Source: a virus. Taken from it: a DNA stretch of 64,000 nt. The stretch covers positions 1-64,000 of the IMG/VR virus record IMGVR_UViG_3300032093_000068; one strand, given 5' to 3'. Positions 46,845-57,960 of the stretch are shown here, one piece after another. Under the pieces are notes generated by a model that did not search any database, was not told the DNA's origin, and worked only from the letters and a program-made list of their open reading frames with translations. Both the position numbers and the translations under genes were made by a program. Each line of letters starts with the position of its first letter. Position 1 is the first letter of the stretch.

Positions 46845-47108
46845 TTAATATTTATTTATTAGTTTTTTATTCAATAGCGAATTAAACGCCAATTTAAAAG
46901 GTATTGTAAGACCATTTCCTCCTTTTAAACCCAATGATTCATCAATTTCTTCATCTTCGGTCATCAAAACTTCCAACATCATTTTAACCGATTCATATTT
47001 TATAACATTGATATGAACATCGGAATCTCCACTTGATGAGGTTATATTGATGTACTTTTCAACCTGATCAATGTCAATGTAATAATTTTCATTAAAAATT
47101 TTAAACAT
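46845..47108 (-). CDS. Hypothetical protein
   Basis: 87 aa in operon. Confidence 0.7.
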   Translation of the reverse strand: MFKIFNENYYIDIDQVEKYINITSSSGDSDVHINVIKYESVKMMLEVLMTEDEEIDESLGLKGGNGLTIPFKLAFNSLLNKKLINKY

Positions 47109-47112
47109 ATTA

Positions 47113-47775
47113 TTATTGTTTTAAAATTTCTTCCAATATAGGGTCAAACTCTTTTAAAGTACTTATTGTATATTGTGAAGAAATGTGTTTATTATAGTTT
47201 GTTTCGTACTTTATTACAATTTTATTTTTAGGATAATTTAATAATAAGTCAGGATTTGCTGTAAGTAAAATATCAATTTCATTCCACATAGAATTAAGTG
47301 TTGTTTGAGAATAAAATTTTATTTTTTCTATCTGACAACCAAATTTTGATATAAAAAAAAGTGATGCGGGTTTTGATTTTCCTATTTCATCTGAAACAAT
47401 CATTATCTCATTATCTTTTCTATATTTAAAATATATGTCTTGCAAATCGTGGAATGTTGAATATTCTGAAGATGATGCGTGTCCAAAAATTGACATCGCG
47501 TGCTCTTCATACATAAATTCATAAAGATTTTCGTTTGATGGAAAAGAGAAATGGTCAAGCAAATTAAGTGACGTTACATCACTTTTGATTTCATATTTGA
47601 AATCATTTGAAATAATATCATCTGTAATTTCATCAAAATTATCTCCATCAGAGTTTGATTCATAAAGTTTTTGTGGTGTGAGTTCGGCCTGCTCAACCAT
47701 AAGTTTTTCATAAACTTGTTTGAACTTTCCTACCGTATCTCTTAAAACTCCGTTTAATTCAATTGCAATTCTCAT
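47113..47775 (-). CDS. HAD-fold 5'(3')-deoxyribonucleotidase-like protein with altered catalytic motif
   Basis: MRIAIELNGVLRD instead of IxIDxDGVL; C-terminal YN. Confidence 0.55.
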   Translation of the reverse strand: MRIAIELNGVLRDTVGKFKQVYEKLMVEQAELTPQKLYESNSDGDNFDEITDDIISNDFKYEIKSDVTSLNLLDHFSFPSNENLYEFMYEEHAMSIFGHASSSEYSTFHDLQDIYFKYRKDNEIMIVSDEIGKSKPASLFFISKFGCQIEKIKFYSQTTLNSMWNEIDILLTANPDLLLNYPKNKIVIKYETNYNKHISSQYTISTLKEFDPILEEILKQ

Positions 47776-48500
47776 TCTTCGTATCTTTTTAGAAGTTTGC
47801 TAATTAATGGATTTCTAACAACATCTTTATCTGAAAATTCAAAAACACCAACATCATCAACATTTTTAAATCTTTGAAGTGCGTCCCACAGTCCTGATTG
47901 ACGTTTGTCTTTATATCTATCGGTCTGCTCTAAATCTCCTGAAATGAAAAATTTTGAGTTATATCCAATACGTGTTAATAACAGTTTCATTTGGTTTGGA
48001 GTTGCGTTTTGCGCCTCCTCAAAAATCAAAATTGTATTATCTATGTTCATTCCTCGCATGTAGGCTAAAGCGAATACCTCAATAATTTCAGCTTCTTTTA
48101 ATTTTTCTCTCGCTTCTTTACCTACTATTTTATTAAGTAAGTAATAGGAGGGAAAGATATATGGGTCAAGTTTCTCTTCGACATTGCCAGGAAGCGAGCC
48201 TAGTTTTTCTTCAGCTTCAACCGCCGGTCTTACAATTACAAGTTTTTCATATGAATTATTTGAATCTAAAAGTAGATCAACGGCAGCCTTCATAGAAATA
48301 TAACTTTTTCCAACACCAGCTGGACCTGAACATAAAACAATTTGGTTATTAGTTAATAACTCATAATATTCTTTTTGACTTTCTGTCAAAAATTTATTTC
48401 TTATTTTTTTTGTTACTAAGGAATTTATATATTCCTTTTTTGATAGTTTTCTATCTACCTGTTCAGGTTTTGGCGAATTCTGCTTTTTTCTTTGAGTCAT
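47772..48500 (-). CDS. phoH: PhoH-family protein
   Basis: GPAGVGKS, RPAVEAEEKLGSLPG, YMRG, EEAQN, GDLEQTD, VVRNPLI. Confidence 0.93.
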   Translation of the reverse strand: MTQRKKQNSPKPEQVDRKLSKKEYINSLVTKKIRNKFLTESQKEYYELLTNNQIVLCSGPAGVGKSYISMKAAVDLLLDSNNSYEKLVIVRPAVEAEEKLGSLPGNVEEKLDPYIFPSYYLLNKIVGKEAREKLKEAEIIEVFALAYMRGMNIDNTILIFEEAQNATPNQMKLLLTRIGYNSKFFISGDLEQTDRYKDKRQSGLWDALQRFKNVDDVGVFEFSDKDVVRNPLISKLLKRYEE

Positions 48501-49530
48501 TTTTATTTACATTACTATTAATCCATTGATACGTTTTTTCCAATCCATAGATCAATGGTTGTGAAACCGACCAACCTATTTTTTCTTTATATAATTTATT
48601 ATCAGAATTTCTGCCTTTAACCCCAACAGGGCATTTAAATCCGTATTTTTGTATAAATTCATCTCCTGATATATTACTTATTTTAATATTTTTTCCTGAA
48701 ATATCAATAGCCATTTGAGCCAATTGATTTATAGTGACCATTTCTTCGGAACCTATGTTCACAGGACCTTTAAAATCACTATTCATTAACCTTAATACCG
48801 ATTCAACACACTCGTCAATATATAAAAATGACCTTGTTTGTAACCCATCACCCCAAACTTCTATTTCACCACCATCAGGTGTTTCAGAAACTTTTCTACA
48901 CATAGCGGCTGGCGCTTTTTCTTTACCTCCGGTCCAAGTCCCATAAGGTCCAAAAATGTTATGAAATCTGGCCACTATTACATCTAACCCATAGTTTCTA
49001 TTAAATGCGAAATACAGTCTTTCACTAAAAAGTTTTTCCCAACCATATTCAGAATCAGGGTTTGCAGGATAAGCGGATGATTCCTCACAATTTGGATTGT
49101 TGGGATCTAATTGATTATGTTCAGGATACATACAAGCGGATGATGAATAGAATATTTTCTTAACATTCATCATAGTTGCATAATACGAAACATTTAAATT
49201 GATGAGTGCGGAATTGTGCATCACATCGGCGTCGTTTTCTCCTGTAAAAATATAACCAGCACCTCCCATATCTGCAGCTAATTGATATACTTCATCAAAA
49301 CTATTTTTTTTATCATCTGGTGACTTTTGATTTGGACCGAACATTATGTTACTAACAAAATTGGGGTCTTTCAAATCTCCTACTATGAATTGAGTGCAGA
49401 ATTCATTCTCACTAAAATATTCATGTTTTTTTATATCAACAACTCTGACGAAGTTTCCCTCGATAAATAATTTTTTTGCTAAATGACCTCCAATGAATCC
49501 ACCCCCACCAAGTATTAGTATGTTTTTCAT
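48463..49530 (-). CDS. NAD-dependent epimerase, GDP-mannose 3,5-epimerase-like
   Basis: GGGGFIGGH, QLAADMGGAGYI, YSSSACMYP, YGWEKL, RFHNIFGP, GGKEKAPAA, GVKGRNSDN. Confidence 0.88.
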   Translation of the reverse strand: MKNILILGGGGFIGGHLAKKLFIEGNFVRVVDIKKHEYFSENEFCTQFIVGDLKDPNFVSNIMFGPNQKSPDDKKNSFDEVYQLAADMGGAGYIFTGENDADVMHNSALINLNVSYYATMMNVKKIFYSSSACMYPEHNQLDPNNPNCEESSAYPANPDSEYGWEKLFSERLYFAFNRNYGLDVIVARFHNIFGPYGTWTGGKEKAPAAMCRKVSETPDGGEIEVWGDGLQTRSFLYIDECVESVLRLMNSDFKGPVNIGSEEMVTINQLAQMAIDISGKNIKISNISGDEFIQKYGFKCPVGVKGRNSDNKLYKEKIGWSVSQPLIYGLEKTYQWINSNVNKNDSKKKAEFAKT

Positions 49531-49539
49531 AATCTTTAT

Positions 49540-50151
49540 TTAATTTTTATTTTTTGGGTAGATATAAATTAACCCAGAATCAACACAATCAATTTCAGAC
49601 GTGTAGTGATATTCATATTCATTATTATATATAATATCTAATTTATTTTTTATATAGTCAATATTCAGAATTACATCTCCATAAACATCATAACCAAATT
49701 TTGACCCTGACCCGTCATAAACTATTTTATACCCATTGTTAGACTTTATTTTATTACCGTAAGGTACAAAAAAGTCATGAATAATTATTAAAGGATTATT
49801 GGTAAATTTTGCAATAATTTCTAGTTCTTTTAATAGTGGAAGATCATTCCAATGAGCATCCAAAAAAAACATAGAATTTTCTTCACCATCAGAAATGATT
49901 TCGGGTAACTTAATCCTGCTATCACCTAAATGTAGGTTTACATTTTCAAAATTTTTTAATTTATCTTTAGCAAGATTATAAAAATTTAAATTGATTTCTA
50001 TAGTTTCAATTTGTAAACCCAATTCTATCAATTTTAGTGTTGACCACCCTTTGTATGTTCCAGTCTCATAAATTTTAGTAACTCCGAATCTATTTACCAA
50101 TCTTGATAATTCTTGGAATGCAAATTTATCATCTAACGCACCGTATTCCAT
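49540..50151 (-). CDS. Class I SAM-dependent methyltransferase-like protein
   Basis: ETGT.KG, TIEI, GDS, FFLDAHW, IIIHD. Confidence 0.7.
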   Translation of the reverse strand: MEYGALDDKFAFQELSRLVNRFGVTKIYETGTYKGWSTLKLIELGLQIETIEINLNFYNLAKDKLKNFENVNLHLGDSRIKLPEIISDGEENSMFFLDAHWNDLPLLKELEIIAKFTNNPLIIIHDFFVPYGNKIKSNNGYKIVYDGSGSKFGYDVYGDVILNIDYIKNKLDIIYNNEYEYHYTSEIDCVDSGLIYIYPKNKN

Positions 50152-50152
50152 A

Positions 50153-50701
50153 CTAGAAAATTTTAGAACCTAGGTAGATTACTAATCTATCGTCTTTAAT
50201 GACTTTTTGTATAACTCTATCCTTTAATGTTGATATTACTTTTTCCTCGGTTATATCAGTCCAATCCTCATTTAAATTAGTTCCAAATAATCTAAAATCA
50301 TCAATAATAATTATTGATTCGTATAAGAAATAATCATAAATCGATTTCAGTTCCTCAATTAATGGGCAGTCTTTGTCTCCTTGAGCGGTATCTCCACTCG
50401 AATAATGACCGTCTAAAAAGAATATAGTTCGATTATGGATTTTTTTTATTATTTCAGGTAATACTTGACTACTATCTCCTAAATAAAGATTTATGTTTTT
50501 ATCATTAATAAATTTGTTTTTTGCTCTGAGGTAAAATGATTCACTCAATTCGATTGTATGAATTTCATTAAATGATTTTGACATATTTATTACAGTGTTA
50601 CCGTAATGGGTTCCGGTTTCTACGAATACCTTAAAAATTTTATCATCAAAAGGTGATTGTTGTATAAAATATTCAACTTCAATGTATTTTATGCTGGGCA
50701 T
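50153..50701 (-). CDS. Class I SAM-dependent methyltransferase-like protein (paralog of the neighbour)
   Basis: FVETGTHYG, TIELS, GDSS, FFLDGHYS, IIIDD. Confidence 0.72.
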   Translation of the reverse strand: MPSIKYIEVEYFIQQSPFDDKIFKVFVETGTHYGNTVINMSKSFNEIHTIELSESFYLRAKNKFINDKNINLYLGDSSQVLPEIIKKIHNRTIFFLDGHYSSGDTAQGDKDCPLIEELKSIYDYFLYESIIIIDDFRLFGTNLNEDWTDITEEKVISTLKDRVIQKVIKDDRLVIYLGSKIF

Positions 50702-50712
50702 GTTTTAATTTT

Positions 50713-51927
50713 TTATTTTTTTATGTCTACCAACCAAGGGTTGATAACTATTTTATTTTTTAAATCTTTTTCTTTAAAATCTTTAGTAATATGAGTTATG
50801 ACAATAACATCAGAATGTTCGATAAATAATTCTAATTTATTAGAATATTTGGAGGTAATTAATTTATCATAAAAAATTACATCGTACTTTTCACTTAAAA
50901 GACGTTCGTAGAGTATATTACCTGGAGATTCTGTAGTAACATATGTATCTGGTTTGAACGACAATCCATAAATACCTATTTTTTTATCTTTATATTGTTT
51001 TATTTTATCATATAATAATAGGTTTTGGTCTTCGTTTATTTTTTGAGTAGATTTGATATGTATTGCGTCTAATCCCACATTTTCTGACATTTTAATGAAT
51101 GCCCAAGTATCTCTTGGGAAGCAAGTACCTCCAAAAGATAAACCACTACTTAAATAAAATGGGGATATTCGTTTATCATAACCCAATGCTTTAGTTATGT
51201 TTTTAGGATTGCAATTAAATTTTTCAGATAGATTACCGATAAAATTAGCAAAACTAATTTTCATAGTTACATACGCATTTAAACTAACCTTTGTGATTTC
51301 GCTTTCAATTAACGACATCCTAACAATAGGTGAGTTATTTTTAATTATTTTTCGGTACAAATTTTCTGCAATATCCCCATATTTTTTATTTGATTCGCCT
51401 AATATTTGTAAATCAGGATTCTCAAAATCACTAATTACAGTTCCAATCGCAACCAAATCCGGAGCATAAACAAAACCAAAATCAACATTTATTTTTTTAC
51501 CTGAAACATCCTCAACCCTTTTTATTAAATTGTCATGACTACCAGGCATCACTGTGGAACTTAAAATAATTAAAAAATCTTTTTTATCTGAATTTTTTAA
51601 ATTTTTTGAAATATTATCTAAAACATCATGGATGAAGTTGTTTGAAAACTCGCCCGAGATGTTAGATGGTGTATTAACTAATACTATTGCGATATCAAAA
51701 TCGCTTATTGAGTAATTATATGGTGTTTCAAAACTAATATTTTTAAAATATGATACTAAATACTCCTCCATTTTTGGTTCATAAAAAGGAGTTAATCCAG
51801 ATTGTAATTTTTTTATTTTTTCCTCATCGGTATCTATACCAATAACATTAGTTTCTTTGGCTAAAACTAAACTCAGCGGTAATCCCAATTTACCCAAACC
51901 AAATAATGCAATTTTTTCTACATTCAT
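50713..51927 (-). CDS. UDP-glucose/GDP-mannose dehydrogenase family protein
   Basis: GLGKLGLP, VNTP, SSTVMPG, FGGTCFPRD, GLSFKPDT. Confidence 0.9.
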   Translation of the reverse strand: MNVEKIALFGLGKLGLPLSLVLAKETNVIGIDTDEEKIKKLQSGLTPFYEPKMEEYLVSYFKNISFETPYNYSISDFDIAIVLVNTPSNISGEFSNNFIHDVLDNISKNLKNSDKKDFLIILSSTVMPGSHDNLIKRVEDVSGKKINVDFGFVYAPDLVAIGTVISDFENPDLQILGESNKKYGDIAENLYRKIIKNNSPIVRMSLIESEITKVSLNAYVTMKISFANFIGNLSEKFNCNPKNITKALGYDKRISPFYLSSGLSFGGTCFPRDTWAFIKMSENVGLDAIHIKSTQKINEDQNLLLYDKIKQYKDKKIGIYGLSFKPDTYVTTESPGNILYERLLSEKYDVIFYDKLITSKYSNKLELFIEHSDVIVITHITKDFKEKDLKNKIVINPWLVDIKK

Positions 51928-53027
51928 AATTTTTCATCTATATGTTTTAATGAATTAAACACTGTGTTATTATCATCTTTATTGCCACATGCAATTCGTA
52001 AAAAAGTGTCATCTAAGTCTAGTTTATCATTTAATATCCTAGTGTAAATATTTTTTTCAAATAAAAGTTCTGAAAAAACTTTATTTATATTTTTTTTACA
52101 ATCTAATATGAAGAAATTAGCGTGAGATTCATACACCTCAATATTTTTAAGTTTTTTCAAATCATTATAAAAATCTTTTCTATTATTTAGATATTTATTC
52201 CTTGCAACTTGATATTTTCTTTGGAATTCTTCGTCTGAAAATAACTCTAAAAAGAATTGGGCTAATCCGTTTATGTTCCAACAAAGGCCATATTTAGAAA
52301 ATATTTTTTCATTTATCTTAGGGTCGCATACGGAATATCCCAATCTCAATCCCGCAATACCAAAATCCTTTGACAAACTCCTTATTACGATTAGGTTTTT
52401 GTTAGTATAAACATCTTTTTCAACACTATGATTTTTATCAAAAAAATCAATAAAACTTTCATCTACAATAATTGATGTTTTATTTAATTGTTTAATAATA
52501 TATTTTATATCTTCCTTTAATAAAATTGTTCCGGTTGGGTTGTTGGGGTTAACTATAATTAATACCTCAACATTATTTTTTTTACAGAATTCAACCAATT
52601 CTTTTTTATCAACATTAAAATTATTCTCCTTGTAGGTTTTAAAAAAAACTATATTTTCCATATCATACTCGTAATATGATGAAAATGTAGGGGTAATAAC
52701 ACATTTTTTTTTACCTTCGAATTCCCTCATTATTAATTCAATTAATTGGATCGCCCCGTTACCTAGTAGTATGTATTCAGGATTTATATTCAAAGTTTTT
52801 GATAAAATTTCCGAAAGAATTTTATTCTGTGGTGGGTAGTATTTGATATAATCTGTTATGTCGTGAGATTTAAAATTCTCCATAAATAATTCAAAAGCAT
52901 ATGGATTACATAAAAAACACGCATCAACTTCTATATTCAAGTTTAAAAATTTTTTTATTTCAAAAACTGATGGAGAATGTAAACCTGAATTGGATTTTAA
53001 TTCTAAAAATTTTTCATAATTATTCAT
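51924..53027 (-). CDS. PLP-dependent aminotransferase class I/II (HisC/CobD-like)
   Basis: NPNNPTG, VDESFIDF, RSLSKDFGIAGLRLGY. Confidence 0.88.
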   Translation of the reverse strand: MNNYEKFLELKSNSGLHSPSVFEIKKFLNLNIEVDACFLCNPYAFELFMENFKSHDITDYIKYYPPQNKILSEILSKTLNINPEYILLGNGAIQLIELIMREFEGKKKCVITPTFSSYYEYDMENIVFFKTYKENNFNVDKKELVEFCKKNNVEVLIIVNPNNPTGTILLKEDIKYIIKQLNKTSIIVDESFIDFFDKNHSVEKDVYTNKNLIVIRSLSKDFGIAGLRLGYSVCDPKINEKIFSKYGLCWNINGLAQFFLELFSDEEFQRKYQVARNKYLNNRKDFYNDLKKLKNIEVYESHANFFILDCKKNINKVFSELLFEKNIYTRILNDKLDLDDTFLRIACGNKDDNNTVFNSLKHIDEKL

Positions 53028-54358
53028 ATTAACGATATGGTTTTTAATTTGTTGGATTTGATATCACGTTCCAATTGTTTAACTTTGATTATTTCTATCT
53101 TAACTCCGCCCAATCTATTTATCATCTCTTGACGTAATTTATTTTCAGTATCTGTGTTGAACTTTTCGTTGGGGATGATATAGAACATTAATGATTTATC
53201 TTCTTTTCTTTGTATTATTTGGAACATGTCCACTTCATCAATCTTAGACATGAACGAATAGAAGTTAACCGCCGGAACAAACGAATTTGAATCAGTAACA
53301 AGCATATCTCCATTTCTCCCTTCAATGTCCAATATACTTTTTGGGTATGGGTTATTTAACTCACAAGTATTATTAAACAATACTTTATCATTAGTTTTGT
53401 ACCTTATTAACGGCATTACTTCATTATAAAATCCGGTTCCAATTATTATTGAATTTTCATCATACTCATTTAATCCATATAATAAATTTTCTTTATAGAA
53501 ATCATTTTCATAATCTTGATGTGCAAATGATACTTTTTCTACTTGACCATAATGCATCTTAATTTCAATACCTAAATTATCTTTGATTTTTGTCCTCCAA
53601 TATGGTAAACATACTTCAGAAGCCCCGTGTAGATGGGTGACATGTTTCAAACGTAAACCATATTTATTACATAAAACAGAAAAATAAAATAGTGTTGATG
53701 GGTATGAGACCAATATTTCAGTTTTAGATAAATTAATATGGTTAACATAGTCATGGATAGTATTATCATTTAAATTAAATGCGGACATGTAACTACGATT
53801 AAGTTCAGGTTCATTAATGAAAATAGGGTCTTTAGGTCCAGGTGAATATCTTCTAATCCAAATTGAATGTTGGTCATATAGATTGGCACCGTGTTCATTG
53901 AATGCGTTGGTAATGAATGCAGCCTCAATTTTAAATAGGTCATCAGTTCCAAGTATCTCTAATCTTTTTCCTGTTGTACCAGATGAGTTCATTTTATATG
54001 TTTTACCATTAAAATTCTGGTTAATTAAAGAACTAAAGTTATCAATTATGATTTCTTTAGTTAAAATAGGTAACAAATTTAAATCATCAAGTTTTTTTAT
54101 TTTAAAATCGAATCCGTTTTCTTTGAAAAGATTTCTGTAGTATGGGACATTATCATTTGCGAGTTTTAAAACTTCTCTTGTTTTTTGTAATTGGTAGTTC
54201 TTGGCTTGGTCATAAGACCAACTCTTTGATTTTTTAATCAGTGATAAAAATTCTAAGTATTTTTTACCGTATCTATATTTAAATGGGATTATCCCATACA
54301 ATATATTACGTATTGGTTTTCTTTTATTTTTTATGTAATTTCCTATTGATGACCCCAT
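53024..54358 (-). CDS. CapK/phenylacetate-CoA ligase-like adenylating enzyme
   Basis: NVPYY, LPILTK, SSGTTG, HYGQVE, MPLIRYKTND, GR. Confidence 0.85.
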   Translation of the reverse strand: MGSSIGNYIKNKRKPIRNILYGIIPFKYRYGKKYLEFLSLIKKSKSWSYDQAKNYQLQKTREVLKLANDNVPYYRNLFKENGFDFKIKKLDDLNLLPILTKEIIIDNFSSLINQNFNGKTYKMNSSGTTGKRLEILGTDDLFKIEAAFITNAFNEHGANLYDQHSIWIRRYSPGPKDPIFINEPELNRSYMSAFNLNDNTIHDYVNHINLSKTEILVSYPSTLFYFSVLCNKYGLRLKHVTHLHGASEVCLPYWRTKIKDNLGIEIKMHYGQVEKVSFAHQDYENDFYKENLLYGLNEYDENSIIIGTGFYNEVMPLIRYKTNDKVLFNNTCELNNPYPKSILDIEGRNGDMLVTDSNSFVPAVNFYSFMSKIDEVDMFQIIQRKEDKSLMFYIIPNEKFNTDTENKLRQEMINRLGGVKIEIIKVKQLERDIKSNKLKTISLI

Positions 54359-54359
54359 T

Positions 54360-56180
54360 TTATTTTTTTTTAAAAATATAATTTTCTTTATCAAGAATAC
54401 ACACAATTCCATATCCTAATTCTGATAAAAAATTTACAATGTCTTTAAACGTATAGTTACGAGTCGCCAAAGCAATTTCAGATAGTTCAATACATATTGT
54501 TACATCATTGTTTTTTAGATAGGTTGACCCCCCAATTACAACTTCATAATCAAATCCATCAACATCTATCTTTAAAATAGTCGGACTTATTCCTGTACTC
54601 TCAGTATAGTCGTCAATTGTTGTGAATTCGTACTCACCCTCAAAAGGGGACATACCCCAAATCTTGTATATCTTTTCTTTTATTTTTCCTGACACAGATC
54701 CAAACGCTAATTTATGTAAATTAACATTTTTTATTTTATTATTTTCAATATTTGGTTTGAGTAAGTCATCATAGGTTTGTGTTGGTTCAAATGAATAAAC
54801 ATTTTTTGTTTTTTCGGAGAATAATATTGTGTACAATCCAATATGAGACCCAATGTCAAAAACAATATCATCTTCTTGTAAATTTTCTAAAAACCATTTT
54901 CTAGTTTGAGGTTCTACATTAACACCATTATTTGCATAATAAGAATCAAAAAAATCATAAAACTCAAAAGAAAAATTTTTATCATTAATATTAATAGTAG
55001 TTCTACCCATTTTTTCTAATTTTACTTTATTTAATTTACTTTCCCATTCTTGTAATGGTTTTATTTTCCACATTTTTTCAGGTAAATTTTGTAAAAACTT
55101 AACATCCAATTCAATAACATCATTATTTAAAATCATCTTACCTGATTTATTTATTAAAGATTCAGGCTTTCTACAAATATCATAATGAAATATTTTATAT
55201 TTATCCGCCCAATTAAAAACTTCCTTATATTCTTGATTCATTATATAAAACATGTAATTATCACAGGAAGGGGCGCTCCCGACAGGAATACCACACGGGA
55301 AAGAATTTTCAGTTAATTTCAACGGTGTCTTAAATACCCACGCATCGGCAAATTCACCTCTATCCCACGCTCCTTGGTCTATGAAAAAATAATTATCATT
55401 AATATACTCAGTTCTGGAAAGGGCTAAAGCACATTCATTACTTGTCGGGATAAAAAATTCTCTATCAACATTTTTCCATTCATCATTATCAGGAAAAAAA
55501 ATATCGAGATTAGTTACCGCTACAATCTCATTTTCTGATATAAATTTTTTACACATCTCGACAAAATTGTTAAAAAGAAATCTTTTATTTACGGGGTCTA
55601 ATACTAATGTAATTTTATCTGTTTTATATAATTTTTCAGTAAATAAATTTTTAAAGTACTCTTCGTTATAAGTAAAAGTTTGTTCATAACAAACCAAATA
55701 TATTTTTTTTATATTTTGATTATTTATATTTTTATTTATACAATAAACGTACTCATTAAGTCTTTCATTATTTGCCTCAAAAAATATTTCACAAAATAAA
55801 TTTATTTTTTTTTCATTCTCATATGGGTCGAATGATTTTAATAATAAGTTATTATTGAAAAATAACTCTGAATTTATTCCTTTATCATCTATAAAATGAT
55901 CCGAATTAAATTTAATTCCCGTTCTTAGTTGGTGAAACTTCAGTCCGAATTCAATCAATTGGTTATATGTTTGTTCGTACCAATTTTTTTTGGATACGCA
56001 CCCTCTTGCGGTTTCAACGATTATTTGATGACCATCATCAAATAATTTATTTATATAATTTACTCTATTTTTAAATGGTTTCGCGGATAGATAATCCCAA
56101 TTCCCATCTTCATTTTTTTTAGTATCACATATTGTATTATCCAAATCAAACACATATGTCAATTTTTTTTTAACATCCAT
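54360..56180 (-). CDS. Fusion of capsule-biosynthesis HAD phosphatase, GT-like domain and FkbM methyltransferase
   Basis: VFDLDNTIC..TARG..IDDKG; TNLDIFF..ALSR..DAWVF..CDN; FDIGSHIG..FEP..LKIDVDG. Confidence 0.8.
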   Translation of the reverse strand: MDVKKKLTYVFDLDNTICDTKKNEDGNWDYLSAKPFKNRVNYINKLFDDGHQIIVETARGCVSKKNWYEQTYNQLIEFGLKFHQLRTGIKFNSDHFIDDKGINSELFFNNNLLLKSFDPYENEKKINLFCEIFFEANNERLNEYVYCINKNINNQNIKKIYLVCYEQTFTYNEEYFKNLFTEKLYKTDKITLVLDPVNKRFLFNNFVEMCKKFISENEIVAVTNLDIFFPDNDEWKNVDREFFIPTSNECALALSRTEYINDNYFFIDQGAWDRGEFADAWVFKTPLKLTENSFPCGIPVGSAPSCDNYMFYIMNQEYKEVFNWADKYKIFHYDICRKPESLINKSGKMILNNDVIELDVKFLQNLPEKMWKIKPLQEWESKLNKVKLEKMGRTTININDKNFSFEFYDFFDSYYANNGVNVEPQTRKWFLENLQEDDIVFDIGSHIGLYTILFSEKTKNVYSFEPTQTYDDLLKPNIENNKIKNVNLHKLAFGSVSGKIKEKIYKIWGMSPFEGEYEFTTIDDYTESTGISPTILKIDVDGFDYEVVIGGSTYLKNNDVTICIELSEIALATRNYTFKDIVNFLSELGYGIVCILDKENYIFKKK

Positions 56181-57054
56181 AAACCGTCTTTAATGTATCA
56201 AACACTTTGAAATCAACATTATTATTAATGAATAGTGTTCCTATAAAAATATTACTACTACCACCCATAATATAGTCACACTTGGATAGTAATAAAGAGT
56301 CTGTTAATATTAAAAAATACTCCTCTTTAAGGGTTAGTTTCTTATCGACCCAATCGCTATTTAACGACTCCACCCTTTTATAATCAGTAAACAATACTTT
56401 TTCCTCACCGAACTTAGTTACCATTAAATCAATAAAATATTTAACATCGCACGCGACAAATATTTTATCATAATTATTTCTTTTAAACTCATCATCTATT
56501 TCATTTAAAATGATTTTGTAGTACTCATCAGGTGATATTCTATTTGAAATCGGTTCCCCTTCAGGTTTATTATACGTGTAATGTAATGGTATTCTAACCG
56601 TTACACCCAAATTTTTTTTTCCAAATTTACTTAGATATTTTGATACGTTATCATTAATTGTTTGTTTTATTTGTATTTTTTGATACGCTTTATTATATTC
56701 ATTTCTGATATTTTGAAAATATTCTTCTTTGAATATTTCAGGTTTACTCCAAAAATGACCGTTGTAATTTTTATAGTATGGCATAATAGTATTAATATCA
56801 CTATAGACATAGTTATTGTGATAAAATCTATAGTGAAATAATTTTTTAGTATCTTTATTATCCACAAATCCCATATTAGGTTGTTCAAAAAACAAATCCC
56901 ATAGATTATGATCTAAGGTGTTCTTACAAGTCCAATCAACATAAATATTTTCTTCATTATATATTGAGTTATGTATCCAGTCTAAAATTATTAGAAATTT
57001 AGAAAAAAAACCTCCAGGTAAAGAACCAGCACAATCATTTTCAATTATTATCAT
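56170..57054 (-). CDS. NodZ/GT23-like fucosyltransferase-fold protein
   Basis: GGFFS, LGVTVR, KIFVACD, LLSKCDYIMGGSSN. Confidence 0.6.
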   Translation of the reverse strand: MIIIENDCAGSLPGGFFSKFLIILDWIHNSIYNEENIYVDWTCKNTLDHNLWDLFFEQPNMGFVDNKDTKKLFHYRFYHNNYVYSDINTIMPYYKNYNGHFWSKPEIFKEEYFQNIRNEYNKAYQKIQIKQTINDNVSKYLSKFGKKNLGVTVRIPLHYTYNKPEGEPISNRISPDEYYKIILNEIDDEFKRNNYDKIFVACDVKYFIDLMVTKFGEEKVLFTDYKRVESLNSDWVDKKLTLKEEYFLILTDSLLLSKCDYIMGGSSNIFIGTLFINNNVDFKVFDTLKTVYGC

Positions 57055-57953
57055 AACACACAACTAATTAAATTATTTAAATTATTTTCATAAAAAAATT
57101 TATATAGATATTTTTTGTAAAAATATTCTTCAGAACCAATGCGATATATTGAATCAGTAAACACCTCGTAGTTTTTTTTCACGGATTCTATTTTTGATAT
57201 GTACAACTCCGGAGATAACTTATCGATTATTTGTAGTAATTCTTCAGTCGTGCTAAAAGTTATTATACCGTTCAAATCTAAGTTAAAAACTTTTTTTATT
57301 TGTTCATCATCATGGCTACCACCCCAATAAATTGGGATTGTTCCCGCCCAATAAGGCTCCATTATTTTTTCACTAAAATAATAGTCATAGTCATCATTTT
57401 CCACTATCAAAGTAAACATATAATCTTTATATGCTAGAACTCGTTCTAATTGAGGAAACGGACTGTTTGTTCCTGTTCCCATTTGATTGACTCTACCTCC
57501 TAAAATTTTACCTAATTCATGTCTGTAGTTGTGACCCTTTGTTGCTCTTTTGTTAGAGTACGCGAAACTTATTAATTTTTCTTTGTTTTCGTAAAAATTG
57601 ACATGTTCATCCGGAAAGTGCCTTCTCCAACTCGCAGGAATTACAAAGAGATATTTTTTTGGATTTTTTATGATTAAATTTTTATCATGTGTAAATATAT
57701 AATCATATTTTTTTTCAACTCCCTCCAAAAATGAAATGTCATAAGGGATTATCGATTTCGATTCACATAACCAAGCGATGTTTATTTTTGACCTAACATT
57801 ATCTACCATGTTATTTTTTACAAAATTGTCAGTATAAATCGTAATACCATCAAAATCCATTTGATTTTTGATATATCTGAAGTCAGTAGGTAAAAAATCG
57901 GATGATGATACCTGATGAGAAAAAACGTCATCAAATAAATTTATTGTGTTCAT
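57051..57953 (-). CDS. GT10 (alpha-1,3-fucosyltransferase-like) glycosyltransferase
   Basis: YMFTLIVEN...YFSEKI......GTIPIYWG. Confidence 0.8.
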   Translation of the reverse strand: MNTINLFDDVFSHQVSSSDFLPTDFRYIKNQMDFDGITIYTDNFVKNNMVDNVRSKINIAWLCESKSIIPYDISFLEGVEKKYDYIFTHDKNLIIKNPKKYLFVIPASWRRHFPDEHVNFYENKEKLISFAYSNKRATKGHNYRHELGKILGGRVNQMGTGTNSPFPQLERVLAYKDYMFTLIVENDDYDYYFSEKIMEPYWAGTIPIYWGGSHDDEQIKKVFNLDLNGIITFSTTEELLQIIDKLSPELYISKIESVKKNYEVFTDSIYRIGSEEYFYKKYLYKFFYENNLNNLISCVL

Positions 57954-57960
57954 ATTAATT

